From: Mobula hypostoma
Taxonomy: Eukaryota
Direction: 5' to 3'
Length of the DNA: 64,000 nt
Assembly (NCBI RefSeq): GCF_963921235.1
Contig: NC_086097.1
Coordinates: forward strand, 50,346,001 to 50,410,000
Positions within the stretch are counted from its first letter, which is position 1, and each line of letters begins with the position of its first letter. Shown here piece by piece: positions 25,362 through 38,073 of the stretch. The translations under genes and the position numbers were made by a program. The notes below the pieces were generated by a model. It saw only the letters and a list, made by a program, of their open reading frames with translations. It ran no database searches and had not been told where the DNA came from.

Positions 25362-27455
25362 TCAGAACCCAGCCTTCCCTCCATACCCCCTGACCCCTGT
25401 AGCCACAAGGGCCATATCTAACTTCCTTTTAAACATAGCTAATGAACTGGCCTCAACAGTTTGCTGTGGCAGAGAATTCCACAGATTCACCACTCTCTGT
25501 GTGAAGAAGTTTTTCCTAACCTCGGTCCTAAAAGGCTTCCCCTCTATCCTCAAACTGTGACCCCTCGTTCTAGACCTCCCCAACATCGGGAACAATCTTC
25601 CCGCATCTAGCCTGTCCAATCCCTTTAGGATCTTATACGTTTCAATCAGATCCCCCCTCAATCTTCTAAATTCCAATGAGTACAAGCCCAGTTCATCCAG
25701 TCTTTCTTCATATGAAAGACCTGCCATCCCAGGAATCAATCTGGTGAACCTTCTTTGTACTCCCTCTATGGCAAAGATGTCTTTCCTCAGATTAGGGGAC
25801 CAAAACTGCACACAATACTCCAGGTGTGGTCTCACCAAGGCCTTGTACAACTGCAGTAGTACCTCCCTGCTCCTGTACTCGAATCCTCTCGCTATAAATG
25901 CCAGCATACCGTTCGCCTTTTTCACCGCCTGCTGTACCTGCATGCCCACTTTCAATGACTGGTGTATAATGACACCCAGGTCTCGTTGCACCTCCCCTTT
26001 TCCTAATCGGCCACCATTCAGATAATAATCTGTTTTCCTATTTTTGCCACCAAAGCGGATAACTTCACATTTATCCACATTAAATTGCATCTGCCATGAG
26101 TTTGCCCACTCACCCAACCTATCCAAGTCACCCTGCATCCTCTTAGCATCCTCCTCACTGCTAACACTGCCACCCAGCTTTGTGTCATCCGCAAACTTGG
26201 AGATGCTGCATTTAATTCCCTCATCCAAGTCATTAATATATATTGTAAACAACTGGGGTCCCAGCACTGAGCCTTGCGGTACCCCACTAGTCACCGCCTG
26301 CCATTCTGAATAGGTCCCATTTATTCCCACTCTTTGCTTCCTGTCTGCTAACCAATTCTCCACCCACACCAATACCTTACCCCCAATACCGTGTGCTTTA
26401 AGTTTGCACACTAATCTCCTGTGTGGGACCTTGTCAAAAGCCTTTTGAAAATCCAAATATACCACATCCACTGGTTCTCCCCTATCCACTCTACTAGTTA
26501 CATCCTCAAAAAATTCTATGAGATTCGTCAGACATGATTTTCCTTTCACAAATCCATGCTGACTTTGTCCGATCATTTCACCGCTTTCCAAATGTGCTGT
26601 TATCACATCCTTGATAACTGACTCTAGCAGTTTCCCCACCACTGACGTTAGGCTAACCGGCCTATAATTCCCCGGTTTCTCTCTCCCTCCTTTTTTAAAA
26701 AGTGGGGTTACATTAGCCACCCTCCAATCCTCAGGAACTAGTCCAGAATCTAACGAGTTTTGAAAAATTATCACTAATGCATCCACTATTTCTTGGGCCA
26801 CTTCCTTAAGCACTCTGGGATGCAGACCATCTGGCCCTGGGGATTTATCTGCCTTCAATCCCTTCAATTTACCTAACACCACTTCCCTACTAACATGTAT
26901 TTCGCTCAGTTCCTCCATCTCACTGGACCCTCTGTCCCTTACTATTTCTGGAAGATTATTTATGTCCTCCTTAGTGAAGACAGAACCAAAGTAATTATTC
27001 AATTGGTCTGCCATGTCCTTGCTCCCCATAATCAATTCACCTGTTTCTGTTTGCAGGGGACCTACATTTGTCTTTATCAGTCTTTTCCTTTTTACATATC
27101 TATAAAAGCTTTTACAGTCCGTTTTTATGTTCTCTGCCAGTTTTCTCTCATAATCTTTTTTCCCCTTCCTAATTAAGCCCTTTGTCCTCCTCTGCTGAAC
27201 TCTGAATTTCTCCCAGTCCTCAGGTGAGCCACTTTCTCTGGCTAATTTGTATGCTACTTCTTTGGAATTGATACTATCCCTAATTTCTCTTGTCAGCCAC
27301 GGGTGCACTACCTTCCTTGATTTATTCTTTTGCCAAACTGGGATGAACAATTGTTGTAGTTCATCCATGCAACCTTTAAATGCCTGCCATTGCATATCCA
27401 CCGTCAATCCTTGAAGTGTCATTTGCCAGTCTATCTTAGCTAATTCACGTCTCAT
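25362..27455 (-). CDS. CR1 ORF2 reverse transcriptase part (697 aa)
   Basis: KSPGPDG, NYRPVSLTS, QHGF, YLDFQKAFDKV, GVPQGSVLGP and FADD motifs. Confidence 0.9.
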   Translation of the reverse strand: MRRELAKIDWQMTLQGLTVDMQWQAFKGCMDELQQLFIPVWQKNKSRKVVHPWLTREIRDSINSKEVAYKLARESGSPEDWEKFRVQQRRTKGLIRKGKKDYERKLAENIKTDCKSFYRYVKRKRLIKTNVGPLQTETGELIMGSKDMADQLNNYFGSVFTKEDINNLPEIVRDRGSSEMEELSEIHVSREVVLGKLKGLKADKSPGPDGLHPRVLKEVAQEIVDALVIIFQNSLDSGLVPEDWRVANVTPLFKKGGREKPGNYRPVSLTSVVGKLLESVIKDVITAHLESGEMIGQSQHGFVKGKSCLTNLIEFFEDVTSRVDRGEPVDVVYLDFQKAFDKVPHRRLVCKLKAHGIGGKVLVWVENWLADRKQRVGINGTYSEWQAVTSGVPQGSVLGPQLFTIYINDLDEGIKCSISKFADDTKLGGSVSSEEDAKRMQGDLDRLGEWANSWQMQFNVDKCEVIRFGGKNRKTDYYLNGGRLGKGEVQRDLGVIIHQSLKVGMQVQQAVKKANGMLAFIARGFEYRSREVLLQLYKALVRPHLEYCVQFWSPNLRKDIFAIEGVQRRFTRLIPGMAGLSYEERLDELGLYSLEFRRLRGDLIETYKILKGLDRLDAGRLFPMLGRSRTRGHSLRIEGKPFRTEVRKNFFTQRVVNLWNSLPQQTVEASSLAMFKRKLDMALVATGVRGYGGKAGF

Positions 27456-27465
27456 ACCTTCAAAG

Positions 27466-28362
27466 TTACCCCTCTTTTAAGTTCAGAACCTTTGTTTCTG
27501 AATTAACTACGTCACTCTCCATGTTAATGAAGAATTCCACCATATTATGGTCACTCTTACCCAAGGGGCCTCTCACGACAAGATCGCTAATTAACCCTTC
27601 CTCATTGCTCAAAACCCAGTCCAGAATAGCCTGCTCTCTAGTCGGTTCCTCGACATGTTGGTTCAAAAAACCATCCCGCATACATTCCAAGAAATCCTCT
27701 TCCTCAGCACCTTTACCAATTTGGTTCACCCAGTCTACATGTAGATTGAAGTCACCCATTATAACTGCTGTTCCTTTATTGCACACATTTCTAATTTCCT
27801 GTTTAATACCATCTCCGACCTCACTACTACTGTTAGGTGGCCTGTACACAACTCCCACCAGCGTCTTCTGCCCCTTAGTGTTACGCAGCTCTACCCATAT
27901 CGATTCCACATCTTCCCGGCTTATGTCCTTCCTTTCTATTGCGTTAATCTCTTTTTTAACCAGCAACGCCACCCCACCTCCCCTTCCTTCATGTCTATCC
28001 CTCCTGAATATTGAATATCCCTGAACGGTGAGCTCCCATCCCTGGTCACCCTGGAGCCATGTCTCTGTGATCCCAACTATATCATAATCATTAATAACAA
28101 TCTGCATTTTCAATTCATCCACCTTATTACGAATGCTCCTTGCATTGACACATAAAGCCTTCAGGCGCTCTTTTACAACTCTCTTAGCCCTTTTTAATGC
28201 TTGCCCTGGATTTGTCGGCCTGCCACTTTTACTTTTCCCCTTTGTACTTTTTGCTTCTACGCTCACTTTACACCCCTCTGTCTCTCTGCACTGGTTCCCA
28301 TCCCTCTGTTGTGAACTAACCTCCTCACACCTAGCCGCTTTAATTTGATTCCCACCCCCCAA
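27466..28362 (-). CDS. CR1 ORF2 apurinic-like endonuclease part (frameshifted from the RT part)
   Basis: NARS, ITETW, GGGVAL, VYRPP, GDFN, LDWVL and SDH motifs. One extra T in CCTCTTTTAA (~27475-78) relative to copy 2. Confidence 0.88.
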   Translation of the reverse strand: MGGGNQIKAARCEEVSSQQRDGNQCRETEGCKVSVEAKSTKGKSKSGRPTNPGQALKRAKRVVKERLKALCVNARSIRNKVDELKMQIVINDYDIVGITETWLQGDQGWELTVQGYSIFRRDRHEGRGGGVALLVKKEINAIERKDISREDVESIWVELRNTKGQKTLVGVVYRPPNSSSEVGDGIKQEIRNVCNKGTAVIMGDFNLHVDWVNQIGKGAEEEDFLECMRDGFLNQHVEEPTREQAILDWVLSNEEGLISDLVVRGPLGKSDHNMVEFFINMESDVVNSETKVLNLKEG

Positions 28363-29567
28363 CCATTCTAGTTTAAAGTCACCTCAGTAGCCCCCGCTAA
28401 TCTCCCTGCCAGGATATTGGTCCCCCTAGGATTTAAGTGTAACCCGTCCTTTTTGTACAGGTCACACCTGCGCCAAAAGAGGTCCCAATGATCCAAAAAC
28501 TTGAATCCCTGCCCCCTGCTCCAATCCCTCAGCCATGCAGAACCTCCTGCATTTCTGAATTTAGTTACTCTTCACTGTCAAATATACTTCTAACTTCAAA
28601 GGCATAGTGCTTTGTCCTTTCAAGATATTTGCCTGAGGTTTCGGTCTTCTACACAAATATCCCATTATATACTTTGGTATCAAACCTTGTTGTTAATAAG
28701 CACACAGTTAATAACTAGTCCCTGAAGAACCTTGGATATGTTTTACATTAAAATACTACACAAATTCAAATTGCTATTTTATTGTAAAGATATACTCAAA
28801 TTATGCTATCTGCTTTGTCAAATTTTTCACAAGCGTCTAACATACTGTACTGAAAAACTTGGTCTTAATTCCCCACAACTAATAACTTGGCAGATAACTA
28901 ATAATCTAATAATCCTACTAATAATCCTACATCATTACTTTTTATTCTTCATTTAAAGTTATTATACCACATCAGTATGCAGCTGACAATATGCAATGAC
29001 TGCTCAAAACAGTAAGATTAAAACTTTTAATTTGCAATATTAAAAAGTTCTGAAGATGGAAAATTACTTGATCCATATAAAATTTCCAACTACTTAGAAA
29101 ATACATGTCTGGTCAGAGTTTGAGGCAGAGACCGCTAGAATCGGCGAGTACCAAGTAGCAACTGATGTTTTCGAGTTTAGTTGCTTTTAATACCCAGTTA
29201 CACGCAAATAGTTAATTAACAAAATTTGTTTAATACCGAACAATGTAAAAGAACAACTCTTCAAATTAGATGTTTCTAATGGCATCTCAGTTTTTCAGTT
29301 ACATATAGAAGAAGTGTAAAACACCAGACTGACTTTACCAACTTGAATAGTAAAGAGTATCAAGTTATGGGCTAGGGAGTTTCATTTGTGCAGAGGTGTC
29401 ATAGTAAAACAAGGATAATCTAAAAATTAATGCATGGTTTCCTATTCTCCCTCTTGCAGCTGAGATTTTTGCTTTTCTGGTCATTAATATCCAAGTGTCA
29501 TTTTACAACAAGCTATAGTTAGTCAATTTATTAAACAGGATAAACCTTATAGACCTTTATCTTAGAA

Positions 29568-32500
29568 GCCCATAAGATACAGGAGCAGAATTAGGCCATT
29601 TGGCCCATCAAGTCTACCCCACCATTTCATCATGACTGATCCAATTTTCCTCTCAGCCCCAATCCCCTGTCTTTATCCCGTATCCCTTCATGCCCTGACC
29701 AATCAAGAATCTATCAACCTCTACCTTAAATGTACATAAAGACTAGGTCTACACAGCTGCCCATGGCAAAGAATTCCACCAATTCACCATCTGGCTAAAG
29801 AAATTCCTTCTCATCTCTGTTCTAAAAGGACGCCCCTCTATTCTGAGGCTGTGTCCTCTGGTCTAAGACTCTCCCACCATAGCAAACATCCTCTCCACAT
29901 CCACTCTATCAAGGCCTTTCAATATTTGATAGGTTTCAATTAGGTCACCCCTCATTCTTCTGAATTCCAGTGAATACAGACCCAGAGCCATCAAATGCTC
30001 TTCATATAACAAGCTATTCAATCCCAGAATCATTTTCTTGAATCTCCTTTGAACCCTCTCCAGTTCCAGCTCATCCTTTCCAAGATAAGGGGCCCAAAAC
30101 TGCTCACAGTACTCTAAGTGAGGCCTCACCAGTGCTTTATAAAGCCTCAACATTACATCTTTGCTTTTATACTCTATTCCTTTCAAAATGAATGCTAATA
30201 TCGCATTTGCCTTCCTCACCACAGACTCAACCTGCAAGTTAACCTTTAGGGAACCCTGCACATGTATTCCCAAGTCCCTTTGCACCTCAGTTATTTTTGT
30301 ATTTTCTCTCCATTTAGAAAATAGTCAACCCTTTCATTTCTTCTACCAAAGCACATGATCATACTCTTCCCGACACTATATTCCATCAACTATTTCTTTG
30401 CCCATTCTTCTAATCTAAGTCTTTCTGTCACCTCCCCACTTCCTCAAAACTACCAGCCCCTCCACTTATCTTCATATTGTCTGCAAACTTTGTAACAAAG
30501 CCATCAATTCCATCATCTAAATCACTGTCATAAAATGTAAAAAGAATCAGTCCCAACACAGAGCTCTGTGGAAAACCACTAGTCATCAGCAGCCAGTCAG
30601 AAAAGGCTCACTTTATTCCCACTCTTTGCCTCCTGCCAATCAGCCACTGCTTTATCCATGATAGGATCTTTCCTATACTGTAATACCAAGGGCTCATAGC
30701 TTGTTAAGCAGCTTCATGTATGGCACCTTGTCAAAGGCTTTCTGAAAATCCAAGTACACAACTTCAACTGATTCTCCTTTGTCTATTCTGCTTGATATTT
30801 TTTCAAAGGATTCCAACAGATTTGTCAGGCAAGACCTTCCTTTAAGGAAACCATACTGTCTACGGCCTAGCACTTGCCTCCAAGTACCAAGACTTTATCC
30901 TTAATAATTGTCTCCAACATCTTCCCACCTACTAAGGTCAGACTAACTGGCCTATAGTTTCCTTTCTTCTGCCTCTCCCCCTCCTTGAAGAGTGGAGTGA
31001 CGTTTGCAACTTTCCACTCTTCCAGAACCATTCCAGAATCCATTGATTCTTGCAAGATCATTACTAACGCCTCCATGATCTTTTCAGCTACATCTTTCAG
31101 AGGTGTACACCATCTGGTTCAGGTGACATCTACCTTCAGATCTTTCAGGTTCCCCAAGAACCTTCTCTCTAGTTATGGTAACTTCACACACTTCATGCCC
31201 CCCGACACCTGGAACTTCCACCATACTGCTCATGTCTTTCACAGCGAAGAATGATGCAAAGTAGTTATTCAGTTCAGTTCAGCTGCTATTTTGTTGTCCC
31301 CATTACTACCACTCCAGCATCATTTTCCAGCGGTCTGATATCCATTCTCACCTCTTTTACACTTTATGTATCTGAAGAAACGTTTGGTATCCTCTTTAAT
31401 ATTATTGGCTAGCTTACTTTTGTATTCTATCTTTACCTTCATAATGACTTTTTTTAGTTGCCTTCTGTTGGTTTTTAAAAGCTTCCCACTATTTGCTCTA
31501 TTATATACTCTCTCTTTGGCTTTTATGTTGGCTTTGACTTCGTTAGTCATGGTTGTGTCATCTTGCCTTTAGAATACTTCTTCCTCTTTGGGATGTATAT
31601 ATCCTGTGCATTCAAATTGCTTCCAGAAATTCCAGCCTTTGCTGCTCTGCTGCCATCCCTGCCAGTGTTCTTTTCCAATCAGTTCTGACCAACTTCTCTC
31701 TCATACCTCTGTCCTTCCCTTTAGTCCACTGTAATACTGATACATCTGACATTAGCTTCTCCTTCTCAAATTTCAGGGTGAATTTTATCATTTATGATCA
31801 CTTGCCCCCAAGGGTTCTTTGACCTGAAGTTCTCTCATCAATTCTGGTTCATTGCACAACACCCATTCCAGAATAGTGGATCCTCTAGTGGGCTCAACCA
31901 CTAGCGGCTCTAAAAAGCCATCTCATAGGCACTCTAGAAATTCCCCTTCCTGTAATCCAGCACCATCCTGATTTTCCCCAATCTACCTGCATACTGAAGT
32001 CCCCCGTAACTACTGTAACACTGTCCTTTTGGCATCCATTTTCTATCTCCCATTGTAATTTGGCCACATCCTTACTACTGTTTGGGGACCTGTATAAAAC
32101 TCCCATTAGGGTCTTTTTACCCTTGCATTTCCTTAGCTTTGTCCACAGTGATTCAACATCTTCTGACCCTGTGCCACCTCTAATGATTTTATTTCGTTTT
32201 TTAACCAACAGAGCAATGCCCCCCCCCCCGCTTTTCTGCCTATCCTTTCAATACAATGTGTATCCTTGGACATTAAGCTCCCAGATATTATCCTTCAGCC
32301 ATGATTCAGTGATGCCTATAACATCATACCTGCCAATATGCAACCGTGCTGCAAGTTCATCTACCTTATTCCGTACACAGTGCACATTCAGATTCAACAC
32401 CTTCAGTCCTGTATTCATCCTTTTCGATTTTGTCTGCGTTTTACGTTACAACTCATCCTGTTGGCTACAGTTTTGCCCTATCAACAGCCTCTCCTAACTA

Positions 32501-33375
32501 CACATTGCCTCTTTTTGTACAGCTACTTCATCTTCAACACTATTATCTGCTTTTCCTATGCTACTTCTTGCATTGAAATATGCATAGCTCAGGACATTAG
32601 TCGCACCATGCTCAACCTTTTGATTCCTAACTTTGTCTGAGATCTTACCAAGATCTGCCTCCACAACCTCTCCACTATCTGTTCTGGCATTCTGGTTCCC
32701 ATCCCCCTGCAACTCTAGTTTAAACCCCACCATTAACAAGACTTTCCGGTAGAAAATTAGTCCCCCTCCAGTTTGGGTGCAAACCATCCCTTCTGTACAG
32801 ATCCCACCTTCCCTGAAGATGCCCAATGATCCAAAAATCTTATGCCCTCTCTCCTAAACCAACTCCTTAGCCATGTACAAACTGTACAATCTTCCTAGTT
32901 CTAGCCTCACTAAACGTGGCATGGGTAGCAATCCTGAAAACACAACACTGGAGGTCCTGCCCTTTAACGTAGCACCTAACTCCCTGAATTCCCTCTGCAG
33001 AACCTCGTCACTCATCCAACCAATGTCATTAGTACCTACATGGACCATGACTTCTGGCTGTTCACCCTCCCACTTAAGAATGCTATGGACTCAGTTTGAG
33101 ATATCCTGGACCCTTGCACCCAGGAATCTCATTCTCGCCCAGAGCCTGCTGTCCATTCCCCTGACTAACAAATCCCCTATCGCCATAGTGTGCCTCATCT
33201 CCCCACTTCCCTCTGAGTCACAGAGGCAGACTCCTTGCCAGAGACCCGACCACTGTAACTTTCCTCTGTTAGGTTATTCTCTCTCTGACAGTATCCAAAG
33301 TGATACAGTTGTTGTTGAGTGGGATAGCCACAGGGGTACTCTGTCCTGGCTCTTTAACTACTTTACCCTTCCTGT
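29568..33375 (-). mobile_element. Older near-full-length CR1 LINE, pseudogenised, with ORF1 SGNH-esterase remnant
   Basis: Broken RT/APE ORFs (29863-30285, 30867-31076, 31894-32208) and ORF1 VHVGTNDIG...FSGLLP (32854-33048). Confidence 0.9.
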
Positions 33376-33735
33376 CACCTCACAGAGGTACATAAAACCA
33401 TGATGGCATAGGGTGAATGCGTGCTCACTTTCTCCCAGGGAAAGGGAATCAAAGCCAAGCGGGCATAGGTTTAAGGCGAGAGAAGGAAGATTTAAAAGAA
33501 CCCAAGGGGGCAACTGCTTCAAGCAGAGGCTGATGCCAGTTTGGAATGAGCTGCTGGAGGAAGTGGTTGAGGCAGGTACAGTAACATTTAAAAGACACTT
33601 GGACAGACACATGGATAGGAAGGCTTAGAGAGATATGGGCTAAACACAGGTAAAGGGGTTAGCTTAGATGACATTTTGGTTGGGTTTTACAAGTTAGGCT
33701 AAAGGCTTGGTTCTGTGCTGTAATTTTCTAGGACT
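33376..33735 (+). mobile_element. CR1 3' fragment
   Basis: GHRFKAREGRFKR...WNELLEEVVEAG..FKRHLDRHM. Confidence 0.8.
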
Positions 33736-34359
33736 CCGGAAAGCTGATCCCATCCTCACTGAGAACACACATGCACTTTTACTAGAAAAGACGGTCACAC
33801 AAAAAGTGATCAGGAATAGAAAATCCGAATACTTTTTTTAAAAAACCTTTTAAAGCAGAAAACAGAAATCACTGTCCTAATAATTCAGTAAAGAACCTTG
33901 TATTCATTGATCATTATTGCTGACAAATTTTTCCAAACTATCAGGAAAGCTGCATCAATGTTGCAAATTTGAATTTCCACATGCAGACTTATCACATAAA
34001 CTACAGAGCTCAGTTGGGAGTCTTTGAATGGTACCCAAAGATAAATTTAGCCTTTTAAAAATGATCAATTTAGAATGTTGTTCAAATCACTGAGCATAGT
34101 TACATTCAATAAAAATTATCCACAAAGATATGTATAATCTACTTCCAATTATTATTTACCCCCTAAATTTAGTATATCTGCAGTACTCTTAAAAAATATA
34201 TTGTTAGTGGCTTTGACTGGCAAATTTTAAGATAAAAATTTCTCCAGCTTTTTTAAAGAAAAATTAAAATTCAGCATCAAGGTTTCCTGTTGTGCATTAA
34301 TTACAACAACTTTATTAACATTTTGCTAGTTTAGTTCAGTTACTGAGCATGAAAAGTTG

Positions 34360-34740
34360 TTAGTCGTGACTCAGTAGAAGCAAGGAGTAGGCGTTTAGCA
34401 GTCTGACTCCCACACATTACACACAAGACAGGAACACGAGTTGCTTCTCACTAGCTGCAGTCTGACAAAGAAGTGAACCAATGGCAGGAGACAAATAAGA
34501 GATGGCTGATGACAACAGCCATATAGAAAGATTGAGTGGGCTGCACTTCACACCAGACCAATCACCAGGCACCTTCCTCATTAGGACTATTTCACCATTA
34601 AAGGATAGCCATGAGCTGAAAGACATTGCTGTACATAATCAGTAGGTGAAACAGCTGCCTATTATGACTCAACTGCAAATATCACCATGTTAGTCACCAG
34701 TTTCAAATTCTTTTGTAGTAGAAAAAATTATGACTCAACC
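34360..34740. promoter_or_regulatory. Candidate intronic enhancer (AP-1/CCAAT cluster)
   Basis: TGACTCA at 34367, 34665 and 34731; CCAAT at 34478 and 34558; non-repeat context. Motif evidence only. Confidence 0.35.
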
Positions 34741-36024
34741 ACACACTTTATAGAACTCAGCACTGTAGTTTAATTTGTTTTCTGGTAGCACAAGTGCCAC
34801 TAAGTTATTTACATAAGCATTACTTTGTTCATGCTTTCTTAGAAAAGGTATACACAAAATCACAATTCTAAGTATGGTCCTACCTGTTCTTATTTATAAT
34901 ACTTAGCAAAACTAATCCTAACCCAAGATGCCTGTTCTCATCCCATATCCCTTCAACTACCTAACTTCCAATCCCGTTTCATTATCAATTCCAGTGATGC
35001 ATTGAATAGTTGCTTAACTTTCTATGAAAATGACTTGATCATCTACTGTGTAATAAATGCTCTGTTGAGAAAGTTTTTCATAAATATCTGCTTCAATTTC
35101 TAATAATCTGCATGGTGAGAATACTCCTTCCTCAGGGATCCTTTACTGATGATCATTTCCTATTGCCTGCTTGTCACCCTCAGGAAGAGCAGAAGACTGG
35201 CTAGGGTTCAAGAAGCTGAACATGAAACTAATGATCCCACAAAGCAACATAGAATTTAAAAAAGACATTATGCAGGTTGGAGAGCCTGTAGTGCCCCACC
35301 ACCATTCCCAAAAGCATAAAGTATGTGTGAGGTTCATAATCAACAAAAAGGTGTACACAGAGCAAAATGAGGCAGTGGGAAGTGTGACATCTCCAGGAAA
35401 GCCTGCAAAATCATGGTGCAGTTGACATTGGCGGATATTGAGAAGGTGCTCCAAGTTAAAAGTCAGAAACCTAGTTTTCTGAGTAGTTTCCATTCATCCT
35501 CCAAGATCTTCATCCAATCTGGAACCCATTCCTTGCAACGGGATGTGGCTTTTTCCTGCTTTCAGTTCTTCTACCCAAAATTTCACTCAGAGACTCCTGA
35601 TCATTAACGTTAAAGGAAGAAGATAGCTCAGCAAAATCCTGACAGCCTCAAATATTACAGAACTGCAAATCCTAAACACCAGGCTATATGGTTTGAATTT
35701 CTTGTCTGCTATTTGGGAGGTTTCAGGTGACAACAAACAGGATGGTCTGGACTACCCCTTAAAATTGGGCAGTCTGACATAGCTCACCTGCTCATGACAA
35801 GTACAATTTCCAGAAGTGGTGGCTCAGTATCTGAAGTACTAGGTCAGTCCAGAGCTGTGGGAAGTGCAGAGCATCATTCATCCACTTGGCAGCACATCAG
35901 AATCCATCCTAGTTGACATTATCATCAAAAAGAAATGCAGAAAGACATCAAAATTTGGCAATGCACTTCACTGTTTATTGTCAAAAGATTTGGTCCACGG
36001 TCTTTGCCAATTAAGCCAAGCTTA

Positions 36025-37200
36025 TTCTAGCCTGGTGGGTCACACTCAGCAGGAGAAATTTTTACCTCTTTGCATGACTCAAGGGTACGATCACCCATGT
36101 GTAGGGAGGACTGGGCTTTGCTGGTAATGAGTAGGGCCCTTGTGCTGGAGCCTTCATGAACTGCCAGACTTGCAGCATTTCCAAAACCAGACTTTGACGT
36201 GGCTGCAATGAGCTTCACCTATCTACCTGTTAAAAGTGTGTTTGCCAAGAAGGGTCTTTCTGGAGGTGCACAACAACAACCCTATGGGCTGTTTCCAGGG
36301 ACTCGTACTGAGGAAAACACCCAGGCCTTGCAGAAGGATTATCAAGTACAAGATGCCCTCAGGTCTGATCAGAACTTACTGGTCTCCTATTGCAAGAGCT
36401 ATGCAAAGAATCTAAGGAAAAGATACCCACAGGGGTGCCCGAGAGGGGTGGGGGAGGATGAGCACCCCAGTCGGATGGACACAACGACATCAGACCCAGG
36501 CAATGAACAAACAACAATGAGGAAGCAGTGTGCATGTGGCAAAATCTGCAAGAACGATCGCGGCTTGAAGATCCACCAAGCGAGGATGGGAGCAGGAGCA
36601 GCACAACGCGCAGGTGTTCAACCTGGTGAGATGAAGGAGGGGCCAGGCCCGGAGCCACCCCATAGTGCCCGGAACCTCCAAGTGTTGCAAACTAATCCTC
36701 GAACATGAAGTCTAACAGGAGGCGGATCAAATGGCCTGCAGCTAACATGACTTCACTGTGGAAGCAGTTTGATGATGATGTTAACCAAATTCTGGAGGCA
36801 ACGGCGAAGGAATTTGATAGGAAGCTGCACGCCATAACACAGCAACTGTCAGCAGGCTGGATGGAGAGCGAGGTGTCTCCCAGTGGAGGTTGGTTGTAGG
36901 GGATTTGTAGCCCATTCTTTAGTTAGAGCCTTCAGCATTTTGGGCATCGAGGGAGAGAGGAAGAGGAGAGCCATCCGCAGTACCACTGATGCGGCAGAGA
37001 GGGCCTCAAGATGGCTGTGGCTCAAAAGAGGGGAGCCATGGAGTCATAAGTAGCTAGCCATCTGGACACAAGCTGGGGTCTGATCAGCCCCGGCTGGGTC
37101 ACCTGGAGGAGGTTGTATGATGTTGAAAGACCCGAAACACCCGATGATTCCAGGAACATCACTGAAGATGTGTCCAGAAGCATCAATAGATGCATGTATA
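36025..37200 (+). mobile_element. Internally deleted HERO/R2-superfamily (REL-endonuclease) non-LTR element
   Basis: N-terminal zinc finger CACGKICKNDRGLKIH and RRIKWP, joined near 36840 to the REL C-terminus GWRARCLPVEVGCRGF...AERASRWLWLKR (stop 37051-53). RT absent. Structured 3' UTR. The 5' boundary is approximate. Confidence 0.82.
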
Positions 37201-38073
37201 CAGCTTTCGACCCAGACTGTGTGGAAAGATCTACACTGAAACTTGGTGCAGCCATTTCAATAAGATGAGATCCACCATTCCACAGTGAAGTCCCAGAAAA
37301 CCTCTCAGACCCATACATTTCATGTGAAAGGAAAATGTTTGTGCTAATATATCACAAATCTTGTCAGCCAATAAAATAATAAATGTACTGCAAACCTTGA
37401 CATACAACTGTATAAATATTTGCATGTTTTACAAAGTATATTTTTGGGGAGAAAATCCTTCCTCTGAAAGATCCCACTTTACAGCCATTCCCTTCCAACA
37501 AAATAATGTTATTTTGGATGATGTTCATTTTTTAAAAATATTTCTTTAGCTTTCTTAGCCATATCTTAATGTTTTATTTTTCAAATTCCTTAACATGCTT
37601 TATTATTCTTATAGTCCTTAAAATCCACATCTTCAATTCTTATTTCTAAGGGACTCTAAAATTGCTTTCTAAATCTAATACATTTGTTCTGCATCTCTGC
37701 GATCTCTTTTAAAGTAAAGTAATGCTATCTTGGTTCCATATTACTTTTCCTTTTACTTTACTTCAGTTAGCTCATTCATCTTCCTAACATCTACCTAATC
37801 CAATCTGATGTCCTAGTTTTGTTTTCAATTTCACCCCACCCGCCCCCCCCCACCCCGGCCATTTACTGTTGGGTTTTAAACCTCTTCATATTAGTGTCAC
37901 CCCTCTGAACATGTTCATTCACGTTTAACTGATCCACTCTATCAGTTTTATTATTTGTTCTCTAAGTGTCTACAGTACATCCTCATAGACCTATGGGGAT
38001 ACCTTTCACAAAAGGATTAATGGTGCAAGTGTTGGGAATTTCACTTCAGATGAAAGAATCTTCAGTGTTCATA

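Larger units (their letters stand above)
25264..28536 (-). mobile_element. Young CR1 LINE copy 1: end of ORF1 plus full ORF2 with one frameshift
   Basis: 3' (TTCTATGT)n tail at ~25261-25285, APE and RT ORFs, ORF1 end (WDLFWRRCDLYKKDGLHLN), candidate TSD GCAGAAC at 25257-63 and 28537-43. Confidence 0.95.

Noticed and set aside
36025..36250. HDV-like ribozyme at the HERO 5' end
   Set aside because: Expected by analogy with R2, but a consistent P1-P4 set could not be found by eye.
37110..37150. Hammerhead in the HERO 3' UTR (TATGATG...GAAAC...CCGATGA)
   Set aside because: No intact CUGANGA and no arrangement giving stems I-III with a UH site.
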